From: Candidatus Saccharimonadia bacterium
GTDB taxonomy: Bacteria > Patescibacteriota > Saccharimonadia > Saccharimonadales > JALRHH01
NCBI GenBank assembly: GCA_023253175.1
Contig: JALRHH010000001.1
Location: 428,020 to 492,019, forward strand
Direction: 5' to 3'
DNA length: 64,000 bases
How positions within the stretch are numbered: the first letter of the stretch is position 1; each line of letters opens with the position of its first letter. Below are positions 8,847-18,491 of this stretch, in pieces. The notes under the pieces were generated by a model that was not told where the DNA came from, made no database searches, and saw nothing but the letters and a program-made list of their open reading frames with translations. The translations under genes were made by a program, and so were the position numbers.

Positions 8847-9539
8847 TTACTTCAGGTTTTTAGGCTTTACTGCATCGCAGGAATTTACGACTAATTCGTG
8901 CACAGCATCTAGCACATCACTTTGATCAAAGTTGATACCACTGCTCTTTTTAAGCTTTAAGCGAATTGCCTTTATAACATCTGCCGTATAGATAGTCTTG
9001 ACGAGACTAGATGGCGTTAATGCGTCAAAGCGCTTCCAATACATCTCCATCTCGCCTTTTGTAACGGCTGGCTTAGTTAGGTGTACGAGGTGTTCGGCGG
9101 CAGACTTCATACTACCGAGATCGCTCAGATCAAAATCAAAGACCTTATGCACACTAATTGGTTTGGCAAAGATGACACGGTACAGTTGGATCTGCTTACC
9201 GTTGAATAAAAGAATCCAATCAATACCTTCATTCGCTGCATAGCTGGTACTTTGACGCAGATGTCGATCGTTTAGGTCGATCTGGATGGACTTCACCTCA
9301 ATAACAAAGTGCTTCTTACGCGCCAACTGGATTACATAATCAGCATACTCACCGCGGATATTGTACTCGGTCTTGATATCATCAAGCTCCACATACCCCA
9401 TAACACCAGTCAGGAAATAGTTCACCATCAGGCGAGTCGCCGACTCATCAAGTTCTAAATTAGCTTTTTTAGTTAAATATTTCTTGCGATACTCTCTTAG
9501 CCGTTTCTCAAGTTGTACTCGTTGATGCTCAGTCGCCAT
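8847..9539 (-). CDS. PD-(D/E)XK nuclease-like protein, type I restriction HsdR N-terminal-domain type
   Basis: 230 aa. GEYADYVI…FVIEVKS gives a D…E-x-K arrangement. The overall pattern resembles stand-alone HsdR_N domain proteins. Confidence 0.55.
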   Translation of the reverse strand: MATEHQRVQLEKRLREYRKKYLTKKANLELDESATRLMVNYFLTGVMGYVELDDIKTEYNIRGEYADYVIQLARKKHFVIEVKSIQIDLNDRHLRQSTSYAANEGIDWILLFNGKQIQLYRVIFAKPISVHKVFDFDLSDLGSMKSAAEHLVHLTKPAVTKGEMEMYWKRFDALTPSSLVKTIYTADVIKAIRLKLKKSSGINFDQSDVLDAVHELVVNSCDAVKPKNLK

Positions 9540-9541
9540 AA

Positions 9542-9895
9542 TTAACTTTCTGGGTGAAAACCCATTATTTTTTCCTTATCTTCTGCAGAACTAATAAGTT
9601 GTACGTAGTTTAATGATGCATCTAGTTTTGTCATTAAAAGAGATCGGTCGCAGAACTTCTCTCGAGTATATCGCTTTTCACCCGTCCTACTATTAGCTGA
9701 TGCCAATCTATGCACGACGTCTTTTTCAGGAATTTCAAAATCATGACTATCAAAGATATCTTCACCAAATTCTTCAGAAATTTGTTTTAAAGCCACATGA
9801 AACTGCTCTACATACTTCTCCTCAATATGATAGCTATCCGGTAAGTTATTCTTTAGTGCAATCAATGTAGAATAAGCAACTAGAAGTTTTGTCAT
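9542..9895 (-). CDS. hypothetical protein
   Basis: 117-aa ORF wedged 2 nt after the glyQS stop and 2 nt before the nuclease-like gene. Confidence 0.5.
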   Translation of the reverse strand: MTKLLVAYSTLIALKNNLPDSYHIEEKYVEQFHVALKQISEEFGEDIFDSHDFEIPEKDVVHRLASANSRTGEKRYTREKFCDRSLLMTKLDASLNYVQLISSAEDKEKIMGFHPES

Positions 9896-9897
9896 AC

Positions 9898-11307
9898 TTA
9901 GAGCTCCTCAACAGAAAGTCTTTTTTGTTCGGTGGTGTCGCGATTTCTTACAGTGACCGTGCTGTCTTCTAGGGTGTCAAAGTCGATGACGACGCAGTAT
10001 GGCGTACCAATCTCGTCTTGGCGGCGATAGCGCTTACCGATATTTCCATTGTCGTCCCACATGACTGCACCATGCTTTTTCTTGAGCAATGAAAACACTT
10101 CGCGGGCTTTTTCAACAAGCTCTGGCTTGTTCTTAAGCAGCGGTGATACCGCAAATTTAACAGGCGCAAGATGCTCTGGAAGTTTTAGGTATACGCGCTT
10201 TTCGCCGTTCACTTCGTCTACTGTATACGCAGCTGATAGCACTGCCATAATTGCACGCTCTAGGCCAAATGACGGCTCGATCACGTGCGGCACAAATTTG
10301 TCATTCGTACCCTTGATGGTGTATTCCATACTCTTACCCGACACCCGCTGAATGTTACCCAGATCAAAATCAGTCCGGTACGCCAGACCAAGTAATTCTT
10401 CGCGGCCAATCGGGAAATCAAATTCAAAGTCGATAGTACGCTTACTGTAATGTGCGCGGTCGTTTTCTGGAACTTCTAATTCATGCACTGATTCTTTTGG
10501 AAGGCCAAGTGCTTCGCACCATTCCCATACAGCCTTGCGCCATGATTCGAATGATTCTTCCCACTTGTCTGGGTGTACAAAATACTCAATTTCCATTTGT
10601 TCGAACTCGCGGCTGCGGAAAATAAAGTCACGTGGGCTAATTTCATTACGAAACGCCTTACCCTGCTGACCAACACCGAATGGCAAGTCTGGATAGAACG
10701 TATCAACAACGTTCTTGAAGTTCGTGAAAATACCTTGAGCGGTTTCAGGTCGTAGGTAACTTACGTTTAGTGCAACCTCATCATTACTATCCGCACGAAC
10801 TTCACGTTCTTCCTTTGATAGATCAATTGTATATAGATAGTTGTTATCTTTTATCCTTACTGTGTCTTTGTCGGGGAATGAGATTTCAGTATCAAGACTA
10901 ACTGGACCTACCACAGTCTTGAACATCATGTTGAACTGTTTAGCTTCACCAAAAGTACCCTTTTGACCACATGATGGACACTTATTAGGATCGTCTAACT
11001 TATCCGCACGGAAACGACCCCTACAGTTGCTACATTCAACCAATGGGTCAGTAAACGTATCGACGTGACCACTGGCCTGCCATACTTTTTGGTTCATCAA
11101 GATAGCTGCGTCGACACCATACATGTCATCACGGTCCTCAACGAACATCTTCCACCAAAGCGCCATGATGTTGCGCTTTAGCTGCACACCAAGTGGACCG
11201 TAGTCCCACGTCCCCGAAAGTCCACCATATACTTCGCTACCCTGGAATATAAATCCACGGCGCTTACATAGGCTGACAATATCTTCGAGTGAGGTTTGCT
11301 TATTCAT
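9898..11307 (-). CDS. glyQS: glycine--tRNA ligase (alpha2 dimer type)
   Basis: The N-terminus MNKQTSLEDIVSLCKRRGFIFQGSEVYGGLSGTWDYGPLG is typical of GlyRS. I prefer the ATG at 11307 to the track start at 11352. Confidence 0.95.
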   Translation of the reverse strand: MNKQTSLEDIVSLCKRRGFIFQGSEVYGGLSGTWDYGPLGVQLKRNIMALWWKMFVEDRDDMYGVDAAILMNQKVWQASGHVDTFTDPLVECSNCRGRFRADKLDDPNKCPSCGQKGTFGEAKQFNMMFKTVVGPVSLDTEISFPDKDTVRIKDNNYLYTIDLSKEEREVRADSNDEVALNVSYLRPETAQGIFTNFKNVVDTFYPDLPFGVGQQGKAFRNEISPRDFIFRSREFEQMEIEYFVHPDKWEESFESWRKAVWEWCEALGLPKESVHELEVPENDRAHYSKRTIDFEFDFPIGREELLGLAYRTDFDLGNIQRVSGKSMEYTIKGTNDKFVPHVIEPSFGLERAIMAVLSAAYTVDEVNGEKRVYLKLPEHLAPVKFAVSPLLKNKPELVEKAREVFSLLKKKHGAVMWDDNGNIGKRYRRQDEIGTPYCVVIDFDTLEDSTVTVRNRDTTEQKRLSVEEL

Positions 11308-11355
11308 ATGACGCAAATTATACCCCAAACAGGGGTAAAACACCACATGCACAAT

Positions 11356-12051
11356 CTAACGGTCGATGGATTGGCGAAGTAAGTTTTTGCTCAAGGGTTG
11401 GAGTGCAGCGATGTATTCATCTGCGTCCTGTACTTGCTTAAGAAGCACGGGGCTTTGGAGCGAATGAATAAGACGGAGTAGCTTAAGGTGATTGACGTTG
11501 TACGGGCCGCCGTCCTGGACCCGAAAACCACTGGACTCAAAATCAAATAAATACGATTCTTCGGCCGATAATTTATTACCTTCTGTATCCGTACTGAGGT
11601 TCGGTGCATGCCCTGTTATTTGCAGCAGTTGCAACGCAAACCAGGTCTCAATGTACGGCAACGGCACATCAGCGTCATTAAGTCCCGCAAGTGCTGCAGA
11701 TAATAGATCAAAGTATTCCTCGCCGGCCTCGTCCTCGATATAACGGTTCAGTTGTTTTATTAAATCATAGCCAAACATCGTGCGCTGAATGTCTTTGACG
11801 ATGTTGCCGTAGTTAACCGCCATACGGCTGCTAATGAGCGTCTTCAGATCACTTTTGCTAGGCATGATTGTCAGTTCGTTAATCGTGAACAATTCAATGC
11901 CACCTGCCATTTTTGATTTGGGCCGCCTGACGCCTTTTGCAATGATACTGAGCCGTCCATTATCCGGTGTCAGCACGTGTAAAATCCGATCAGCTTCCTG
12001 GTAGTCCCGGCGTGACAGCACGATGCCGCGTGTAACAATCTGCGCTTTCAT
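11356..12051 (-). CDS. recO: DNA repair protein RecO
   Basis: 231 aa. The N-terminal OB-fold pattern VTRGIVLSRRDYQEADRILHVLTPDNGRLSIIAKGVRR is typical of RecO. Confidence 0.85.
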   Translation of the reverse strand: MKAQIVTRGIVLSRRDYQEADRILHVLTPDNGRLSIIAKGVRRPKSKMAGGIELFTINELTIMPSKSDLKTLISSRMAVNYGNIVKDIQRTMFGYDLIKQLNRYIEDEAGEEYFDLLSAALAGLNDADVPLPYIETWFALQLLQITGHAPNLSTDTEGNKLSAEESYLFDFESSGFRVQDGGPYNVNHLKLLRLIHSLQSPVLLKQVQDADEYIAALQPLSKNLLRQSIDR

Positions 12052-12422
12052 TACTCAGTCGCCTCTACGACTGACCGCACGAGTTGCTGCAAATTAGTGG
12101 CTGGTTTGTACAGAATGTCGACGATGCCGAGCTGCTCCAGTAAATCTTTCGTAATACCAAGCGAATGCGGCGCAACCATTGTCAGCAGCACAATTGGAAT
12201 CTCTTTCCATTCTGCATACGATCTAAATTCATAGATAAATTCAATGCCATTATGCCCCACCAGTTGCAATTCAAGCAGCACAACATCAGGAGTAAATTCA
12301 TCAGCAGTATGTACCGCCAATTGGGCTGACTGTGCATGACGCATCACATGACCAGCATTCGTAAACGCCTGGGTGTAGATCGCCGCAAGTTTTGCGTCTG
12401 GTTCAATCAGCAAGATATTCAT
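12051..12422 (-). CDS. stand-alone receiver-domain protein with Glu at the phospho-acceptor position
   Basis: 123 aa, CheY-like. DVVLLELQL occupies the position where receivers have LLD. The conserved Thr (LLTMV) and Lys-Pro (YKP) are retained. Confidence 0.75.
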   Translation of the reverse strand: MNILLIEPDAKLAAIYTQAFTNAGHVMRHAQSAQLAVHTADEFTPDVVLLELQLVGHNGIEFIYEFRSYAEWKEIPIVLLTMVAPHSLGITKDLLEQLGIVDILYKPATNLQQLVRSVVEATE

Positions 12423-13165
12423 TAGACCAAAGAAAGCTGACGACTTGGCGACAGCGTGGCAGCCAGACCAGACAACGAATTATGTTTTGAGACATGAAGC
12501 GGTGCGTTAATTGAACGAAGTAAACTATTTGCGATAAAAACTCCAGCACCAGCGCTACCACTCAGCTGCGGAAGTGCCTGTTTGGCCGATCCGAAAAGCG
12601 CAATACCGCGCTTTAGCGCTTCGCTACTCATCGCCGGCTGATTACCATATGCACCAACTACCAAGCCCTTAGTGCTTTGATGCGCGCCCAAAACAACGGT
12701 GTGCTTCCGTTCACCTTCTGCAGTAGATTCAATAAATCCGTAGCCTAGGCTCATGAGTGCTGACTCAAGACTACTTCTATGGGCCATAACCGGTTGGTAC
12801 TTGCCCTTCAAATTGATTTGAAGTTCCGTATCATACTGACGCGCAAGTTGACTCAGCGCATGTGCAGTGTCCTGCAGCGTAGCGCTAACTGAAACGGGCT
12901 CGAGCTCTAGTGATGGCTGGGCCTGCAACTCTACGCTGAGCAGATAGCTATCAATCAGCCGAAGCGCCATGTCGGCCGTATAAGTGATTGACGCATAGGA
13001 AGATGTATCATTAGTCCCCTGTGCCAGCTCAGCACCGCGCGCAATCTGTAATAACGGCAACTTTAGCTGCTCTGCAAGCGCACGCAAGAGACGCTCGTGC
13101 TCATCATTACCATACCCCGAAATACCCAAAGCTGTTGTTACCCTCTCGTTTGCTGTCGATTGCAT
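12422..13165 (-). CDS. degenerate histidine-kinase-like protein (no phospho-His, degenerate ATP-binding boxes)
   Basis: 247 aa. AEQLKLPLLQI aligns to the H-box HELRTPLTAI with Glu at the His position. The C-terminal GSAGAGVFIANSLL is G2-box-like, while the N and G1 boxes are degenerate. The start codon is uncertain because a TACAAT box sits only 2 nt upstream of the ATG. Confidence 0.45.
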   Translation of the reverse strand: MQSTANERVTTALGISGYGNDEHERLLRALAEQLKLPLLQIARGAELAQGTNDTSSYASITYTADMALRLIDSYLLSVELQAQPSLELEPVSVSATLQDTAHALSQLARQYDTELQINLKGKYQPVMAHRSSLESALMSLGYGFIESTAEGERKHTVVLGAHQSTKGLVVGAYGNQPAMSSEALKRGIALFGSAKQALPQLSGSAGAGVFIANSLLRSINAPLHVSKHNSLSGLAATLSPSRQLSLV

Positions 13166-13250
13166 CTATTGTACAACGAACAAGGGTCAAAAACTATCAC
13201 AACAAAATTACAAATTGAGCAAAATATGTGTATAAATATACTGTTTATGG

Positions 13251-14012
13251 TTACGGAACAAAGGTAAGATTTGCGAGTATGATGTCGTTAAAATCACCGA
13301 GGAATGTTTGCGTAGACTCCGTTGAAACCTTAATTGTCTTGTCGCGAAGTGGGAAGATTACCATGCTGTCTTGCTGGCCCGTGTTGATTTCGCCGTCAAC
13401 ACGAACACCAACTTGGCCCTCACCCATTTTTGGAGCCTTGTAGGCAGAAATCTTTACCTTGCCGGTCTTCGCTTTTGATTCAAGTTGCTTAACAACCTGG
13501 TCGTAGCTTTGTGACACAACCTCTACGCGAAGCGCAAAGTCAGTACCAGAATCAGCTGCTGGCACAAATCCAGGGTGGAAATAGCCATTCACAAGCGTGC
13601 TTCCTTTGTCTGATTCATCTACAAAAGCACTCCAGGTTTTTGGATATACGATCACGAGATTTCCGGCAGTCTGACCAGCAGTGTATGTCCTGGTTGGTAT
13701 CTTTTCTTTCTCTACAAATTCCTTGTCTTTTGCAGTCGAGGTCTCCTCTTTCGCAATCTCTACAGCCTTATCAATCTTAGGCTGGACATTGGTCTTGTAG
13801 TCCTGCATTCCTACAAATGCCCAAATACCAAACCCAAGCGAGCTAATAAAGAATATGATTGCTACGATTAAAGGAATTAGTAGGACATTCAACCCCTTCT
13901 TTGGCTGACCAACCGGCATACCACCATACTGCATCTGCTGCAATGGCTGCTGCGGCTGATTTGGCTGCACCCCATACTTGGGCGCAAATGGGTCATTTTG
14001 CTGAGGATTCAT
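13251..14012 (-). CDS. membrane-anchored extracytoplasmic protein, Pro/Gln-rich N-terminus
   Basis: 253 aa with a single TM (LLIPLIVAIIFFISSLGFGIWAFV) after a PQ-rich leader. No recognised domain. Confidence 0.6.
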   Translation of the reverse strand: MNPQQNDPFAPKYGVQPNQPQQPLQQMQYGGMPVGQPKKGLNVLLIPLIVAIIFFISSLGFGIWAFVGMQDYKTNVQPKIDKAVEIAKEETSTAKDKEFVEKEKIPTRTYTAGQTAGNLVIVYPKTWSAFVDESDKGSTLVNGYFHPGFVPAADSGTDFALRVEVVSQSYDQVVKQLESKAKTGKVKISAYKAPKMGEGQVGVRVDGEINTGQQDSMVIFPLRDKTIKVSTESTQTFLGDFNDIILANLTFVP

Positions 14013-14059
14013 TACGCTTATGGTAAACGAAGTACCCCGTTACTGCAATAGGTAAGCCG

Positions 14060-14548
14060 TTATTTATAGGTGTATAAATACACGCCCTGTTTTTCCTTCA
14101 TGATCTTTTTTTCTGGAATTTTGAATGCGAAACTCACAAGTTTGACAGGCTTACGACTTTCTTGAGTAATCTTTGTATCCAACTTTGCCATATATTTTGG
14201 TAATAAAAATACGAATATTCCCTCTGATGGAGGCAGCTTTACGCGCCAAAAGTTACCACAAACCACCTTTACGCGCTTGCCATATCGCCGTGTTCGAAGC
14301 CATGCAATTGCCGCCAATATTGGGTTAAGCTCATAGCCCGTAACTCGCAGCCCCCTCTCTGCCGCCGCGATCATAACCTTACCATCGCCGCAACCAAGCT
14401 CCAGCAAATGATCTCCTGGCTTAAGATCTACTAAATCCAGCGCCGATTCTGCCTGCGCTGATAATGTTGGCAAATAAGGTGCGCCAAATAACAAGACAAA
14501 ACTAAAAAGAAAAATGAGCAGCAAAGCAAATGCAAATAGCAGCTCCAT
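14060..14548 (-). CDS. class I SAM-dependent methyltransferase with N-terminal TM
   Basis: 162 aa. Motif I is LLELGCGDGKVMIAAA. The N-terminal helix is hydrophobic. Confidence 0.7.
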   Translation of the reverse strand: MELLFAFALLLIFLFSFVLLFGAPYLPTLSAQAESALDLVDLKPGDHLLELGCGDGKVMIAAAERGLRVTGYELNPILAAIAWLRTRRYGKRVKVVCGNFWRVKLPPSEGIFVFLLPKYMAKLDTKITQESRKPVKLVSFAFKIPEKKIMKEKQGVYLYTYK

Positions 14549-14554
14549 GGTGAT

Positions 14555-14746
14555 CTAACCCTCTACGCCGCTCACCTTTGAAACCGTATTCTCTGCTGCC
14601 TTCAGATACTTCTCCAGCTGCTTTGTGATTTCAATCCCACGTCCATGTAGCCTTATTGCATCATCGATCGCCACATCTTCGGACTGCAGTTTGTTCACGA
14701 TCTCGTCTAGTTCGCGGCTTAGCGCCTGATAATCAATATCTTTCAT
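14555..14746 (-). CDS. xseB: exodeoxyribonuclease VII small subunit
   Basis: 63-aa helical protein immediately downstream of xseA, with a typical XseB pattern (LDEIVNKLQSEDVAIDDAIRLHGRG). Confidence 0.85.
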   Translation of the reverse strand: MKDIDYQALSRELDEIVNKLQSEDVAIDDAIRLHGRGIEITKQLEKYLKAAENTVSKVSGVEG

Positions 14747-14750
14747 AATT

Positions 14751-15863
14751 CTATTGTACCTTTTTTACTTCTACTTCGATTGATCCATCAATAAGGCGGA
14801 TATCCAATACTTGACCCTGCTTCACACCTACGGCAGATTTAATAACACTACCTTGGCTCGTCACCAGTGCATAACCTCTCTTCATAGCCTCCTCTGGACT
14901 AAGCGCCTCCAGTAACCGAGAAATACCCACCAGATTCCTTTTTCGATCACCAATCAGTCGTAGCACGACTTCACTTAATTGTTCTCGTTTAATGCGCAGC
15001 GCCGTCTGCTTGTCACTGACCTGCGCCAGTAGCCCAGCGGATAACCTACGCTTTATATCAGCCAAAACTTGCTGCTCATACGTCCTATCTGGCGTGAGCA
15101 TTTCCGCAGCATTACTTGGAGTACTGGCTCGTCTATCAGCAGCAAGCTCAGCCAAACTAACATCAACCTCGTGACCAATGGCAACCAGCGTGGGTACACG
15201 ACTTGCCGCTACAGCACGAGTAACTTGCTCCGTAGAAAACGCTGCCAAATCATCACTGCTTCCACCGCCGCGCGTAATGACGAGTACATCAACTGGCTCG
15301 GCCTGGCTATTAAAAAACTCAATAGCTTTGATAATCTGTGCCGGCGCTGCTTCGCCCTGAACCTGGACATCAAATAGTTCGATATCGATACCACCCCAGC
15401 GGCTGCTGAGTATTTTCATAAAATCGTGATAAGCAGCGGATTCAGACGAAGTGACCAGACCGATGCGCTTTGGTGGATACGGCAAGCTTCTTTTACGTGA
15501 TTCATCAAATAGGCCTTCGAGCGCGAGTTTCTTTTCAAGCAGCGCAGCAGCTTTTTTAAGCGAACCCTCGCCCACCGGCTGGACGGCTCGTAGGTTCACA
15601 CTAAAGCCAAACTGTTGGTGCAATCTCGGGCTACCGCCAATTTGAACCATCAATCCGTCTTCGAGCGGCCCCGGCAACATGTATACCGTACCAAAACATT
15701 TAACGCTGGAGTACTCATCCTTTAGGTCAAAATACACCCAGCGATTTTTACTGACACGGTAATTCGATATTTCACCGACAATCGCCACATCTGGATACGC
15801 ATAATCCATCGTCTGGTTCAGTACCGCAACAAAATCAGAGACCGAAAAAATGATATCAGACAT
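14751..15863 (-). CDS. xseA: exodeoxyribonuclease VII large subunit
   Basis: N-terminal OB-fold (VAIVGEISNYRVSKNRWVYFDLKD) and the catalytic region VLVITRGGGSSDDL. I prefer the ATG at 15863 (MSDIIFSV…) to the track start at 15926. Confidence 0.9.
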   Translation of the reverse strand: MSDIIFSVSDFVAVLNQTMDYAYPDVAIVGEISNYRVSKNRWVYFDLKDEYSSVKCFGTVYMLPGPLEDGLMVQIGGSPRLHQQFGFSVNLRAVQPVGEGSLKKAAALLEKKLALEGLFDESRKRSLPYPPKRIGLVTSSESAAYHDFMKILSSRWGGIDIELFDVQVQGEAAPAQIIKAIEFFNSQAEPVDVLVITRGGGSSDDLAAFSTEQVTRAVAASRVPTLVAIGHEVDVSLAELAADRRASTPSNAAEMLTPDRTYEQQVLADIKRRLSAGLLAQVSDKQTALRIKREQLSEVVLRLIGDRKRNLVGISRLLEALSPEEAMKRGYALVTSQGSVIKSAVGVKQGQVLDIRLIDGSIEVEVKKVQ

Positions 15864-16902
15864 GTATCTTCGCAGGCTTACCGTGCAGCGCTCGGTAGTA
15901 GAGCCAGCCTCCCTGCGGCAACGCAATTGCCATGTTTAGCACGCGGTACATAATCGTAACCGGCAGACTCACGCTTGCCGGCACGCCCGCAGCGATCAGC
16001 ACACCGGTCATTAAGGCCTCGTAGATACCGATTCCACCCGGAAGCACCGAAATAATACCCGCAAAGTTCGCAATCGCATACGCCAGAATAATCGCACCAG
16101 GGTTCACCAGCTCACCAAACGCTATATACACCACATAAATAGATGCAAGCTCCGCCAGGCTGAAACAGAGCCCGAACAAAAACGGCCGCTTCAGCTGGTG
16201 CAAATTACGACGAATCTTCATGTAGTTATCATGTAGCTCCATGAATGCGTTCTGTGCTTTGCTGATATTAATTGTTTCTGGGTGCTTTGGCCTGACAATA
16301 TGAATCAGGAGATTCACGGCTTTTGTAACAAACGTAAAGAATGCCGTAATCCTGCCTCTGTGACCAATGATGTATGCCAAAAGTCCCGTACCAACCAACA
16401 GTAGCGTCGTCAGTGAGCTTGCCGCTAGAATAGTCAGGTTGTTAACGTCGCCGTGCAGTGACAACATAAATACACCGACAAATAACAACACCTGGAATCC
16501 ACTAAAGATCGTCATAAATCGCATGAGCTGTACAAGCGTAGCCTGTCCGGTGGTGATTCCTTCATTCTTTAATCGAATTGGCAGGTATGAGAATCCACTG
16601 ACACCACCACTTGGAAACACATTATTAATAAAGTTCAGTTCAAGCGTCAGGCGATACATTGATTTCGTACGGAATCGCTCGCCCAGAGCCCTAAAAATTC
16701 CCTGATATAGCTTTCCTTGGCTGTAGTAACTTGCCACATGGAGCGGAATGAGCAGTAGTAGCACCCAAGCGTTAACCCTTGCGAGGTTTTGGATCGTTTC
16801 CGCGATCTGTTCGCGCAAAATGTATGCCAGACCCACCATTGCTAAAATGGTGAACCAGGTAAAAAACATTCGCGCGCGTCGGCGCTTTTGTTGTTCGGTC
16901 AT
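15856..16902 (-). CDS. polytopic membrane protein, flippase-like / lysylphosphatidylglycerol-synthase TM-region family (putative)
   Basis: About 8 TM segments. The family assignment comes from the general pattern only. I prefer the ATG at 16902 (MTEQQKRRRARMFF…). Confidence 0.45.
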   Translation of the reverse strand: MTEQQKRRRARMFFTWFTILAMVGLAYILREQIAETIQNLARVNAWVLLLLIPLHVASYYSQGKLYQGIFRALGERFRTKSMYRLTLELNFINNVFPSGGVSGFSYLPIRLKNEGITTGQATLVQLMRFMTIFSGFQVLLFVGVFMLSLHGDVNNLTILAASSLTTLLLVGTGLLAYIIGHRGRITAFFTFVTKAVNLLIHIVRPKHPETINISKAQNAFMELHDNYMKIRRNLHQLKRPFLFGLCFSLAELASIYVVYIAFGELVNPGAIILAYAIANFAGIISVLPGGIGIYEALMTGVLIAAGVPASVSLPVTIMYRVLNMAIALPQGGWLYYRALHGKPAKIHV

Positions 16903-16977
16903 CAGGAAATAGTATACCGCAGGATCGAATAAATAGATGCGTCCCATTATTCTACAGAGACAAAACACCTATAAAAT

Positions 16978-16986
16978 TGCTATAAT
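16978..16986 (+). promoter_or_regulatory. extended -10 promoter TGCTATAAT, 7 nt from the ATG (leaderless)
   Basis: TGCTATAAT at 16978-16986 and ATG at 16994, with no SD sequence between them. Confidence 0.5.
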
Positions 16987-16993
16987 AACGTGA

Positions 16994-18199
16994 ATGTCAC
17001 AATCCGTACTAGTTCTTGGACGCCAGCCAGCCCTCGGTATCGCAGAAGCCGAGAGTCTATTTGGTGCCGATAAAATCACACCTATTGGCAGCCAGTTCGT
17101 GCTCCTGGACGCCCGTATTCAGGATGTACCGTTCAGTCGACTTGGTGGATCCACGCGCGTCGCCAAACTTTTAACCTTCCTTCCTTATACTGACTGGGAA
17201 AAAATTGAAAAGTATCTTGCCGAAGAACTGCCGAAACATACGTGCTGCTTGCCCGAAGGAAAGATTCGCCTCGGACTCAGTGTCTACAACCTCAGTGTTA
17301 ATATCAGGCGCCTTAACGCGACTGGCCTGACCCTTAAAAAAGCCGTCAAGGCGGACGGACGTTCTGTTCGCGTGGTGCCTAACAAAGAACATGAGCTCAA
17401 CACTGCACAGGTCATTCACAATCAGCTGACTGGCCCGACCGGCATGGAGCTACTATTGATCAGAGACGGCGAACGAACCGTACTTGCCCAAACAACTGCT
17501 GTTCAAGATATCGAAGCATACGCAGCCCGCGACCAAGCCCGCCCGGCCCGCGACGCCCGTGTTGGCATGCTTCCACCTAAACTCGCCCAGATCATCATCA
17601 ACCTCTCGACCGGCAATCAACCAGTTTCTATGGACACAGAAATACTTGATCCATTCTGCGGCACCGGCGTAGTACTGCAAGAGGCAGATCTTATGGGCTT
17701 CCGCGTAGAAGGATCTGATCTAGAAGAAAGGATGATCGATTACTCACACGACAATCTTGTGTGGCTTTCCCAAAAACCAGAGTCTGGGCTCCACGGGCTA
17801 AATCCTGATCAAATAATGTGCCAACTCTCGGTTGGTGATGCGACAACTTTCAACTGGAAACCAGTACCAAACTTCATCGCATGCGAAACATATCTTGGAC
17901 AACCCTTCTCTACTGAACCTAATCCTGAAAAACTCAAGCAAGTCATGAGTGATGTCGATACCATTCACCGCAAATTTCTACAGAATGTCGCTCGCCAAAC
18001 TGAATCTGGATTCCGTATGTGTATCGCCGTGCCGGCTTGGTTCACTAAAAGCGGTGTTCGGCACCTCAAAACCCTTGATTCTCTCGAGGAATTAGGCTAT
18101 AATCGTGTAAGTTTTGTCCATTCGGACACGCGGGATCTCATTTATCACCGAGAAAATCAGGTGGTGGGCCGCGAACTAGTAATACTTATAAGGAAGTAA
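16994..18199 (+). CDS. putative RNA (guanine-N2) methyltransferase, Trm11/UPF0020-like
   Basis: 401 aa. The SAM motif DPFCGTGVVLQEA is followed by GSDLEERMI. The expected (D/N)PPY motif is replaced by CETYLGQPF. Confidence 0.55.
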   Translation: MSQSVLVLGRQPALGIAEAESLFGADKITPIGSQFVLLDARIQDVPFSRLGGSTRVAKLLTFLPYTDWEKIEKYLAEELPKHTCCLPEGKIRLGLSVYNLSVNIRRLNATGLTLKKAVKADGRSVRVVPNKEHELNTAQVIHNQLTGPTGMELLLIRDGERTVLAQTTAVQDIEAYAARDQARPARDARVGMLPPKLAQIIINLSTGNQPVSMDTEILDPFCGTGVVLQEADLMGFRVEGSDLEERMIDYSHDNLVWLSQKPESGLHGLNPDQIMCQLSVGDATTFNWKPVPNFIACETYLGQPFSTEPNPEKLKQVMSDVDTIHRKFLQNVARQTESGFRMCIAVPAWFTKSGVRHLKTLDSLEELGYNRVSFVHSDTRDLIYHRENQVVGRELVILIRK

Positions 18200-18200
18200 T

Positions 18201-18473
18201 ATGTCTAAAGTTAAAGCAGGTGGATCAAGTAAAAACGTCCATGACAGCCCTGGACAGCGGCTTGGCGTTAAGGTTTTCGGTGGCCAGAAAGTTAACGCTG
18301 GTCAAGTAATCGTACGTCAAACTGGTCTTACTAAGCGCGCTGGTGAAGGTGCATTCGTATCACGCAATTTCACTATCCACGCAGCAAAAGACGGTGTCGT
18401 AGAGTACACCAAGCGCCGCGTTCGCCTATTCACAGGTAAAACTGTACAGCGTACCGAAGTTACTGTTAAGTAA
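18201..18473 (+). CDS. rpmA: 50S ribosomal protein L27
   Basis: The 90-aa sequence MSKVKAGGSSKNVHDSPGQRLGVKVFGGQKV is a canonical L27 N-terminus. Confidence 0.95.
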   Translation: MSKVKAGGSSKNVHDSPGQRLGVKVFGGQKVNAGQVIVRQTGLTKRAGEGAFVSRNFTIHAAKDGVVEYTKRRVRLFTGKTVQRTEVTVK

Positions 18474-18491
18474 TTTTATCTCGGATCAATT

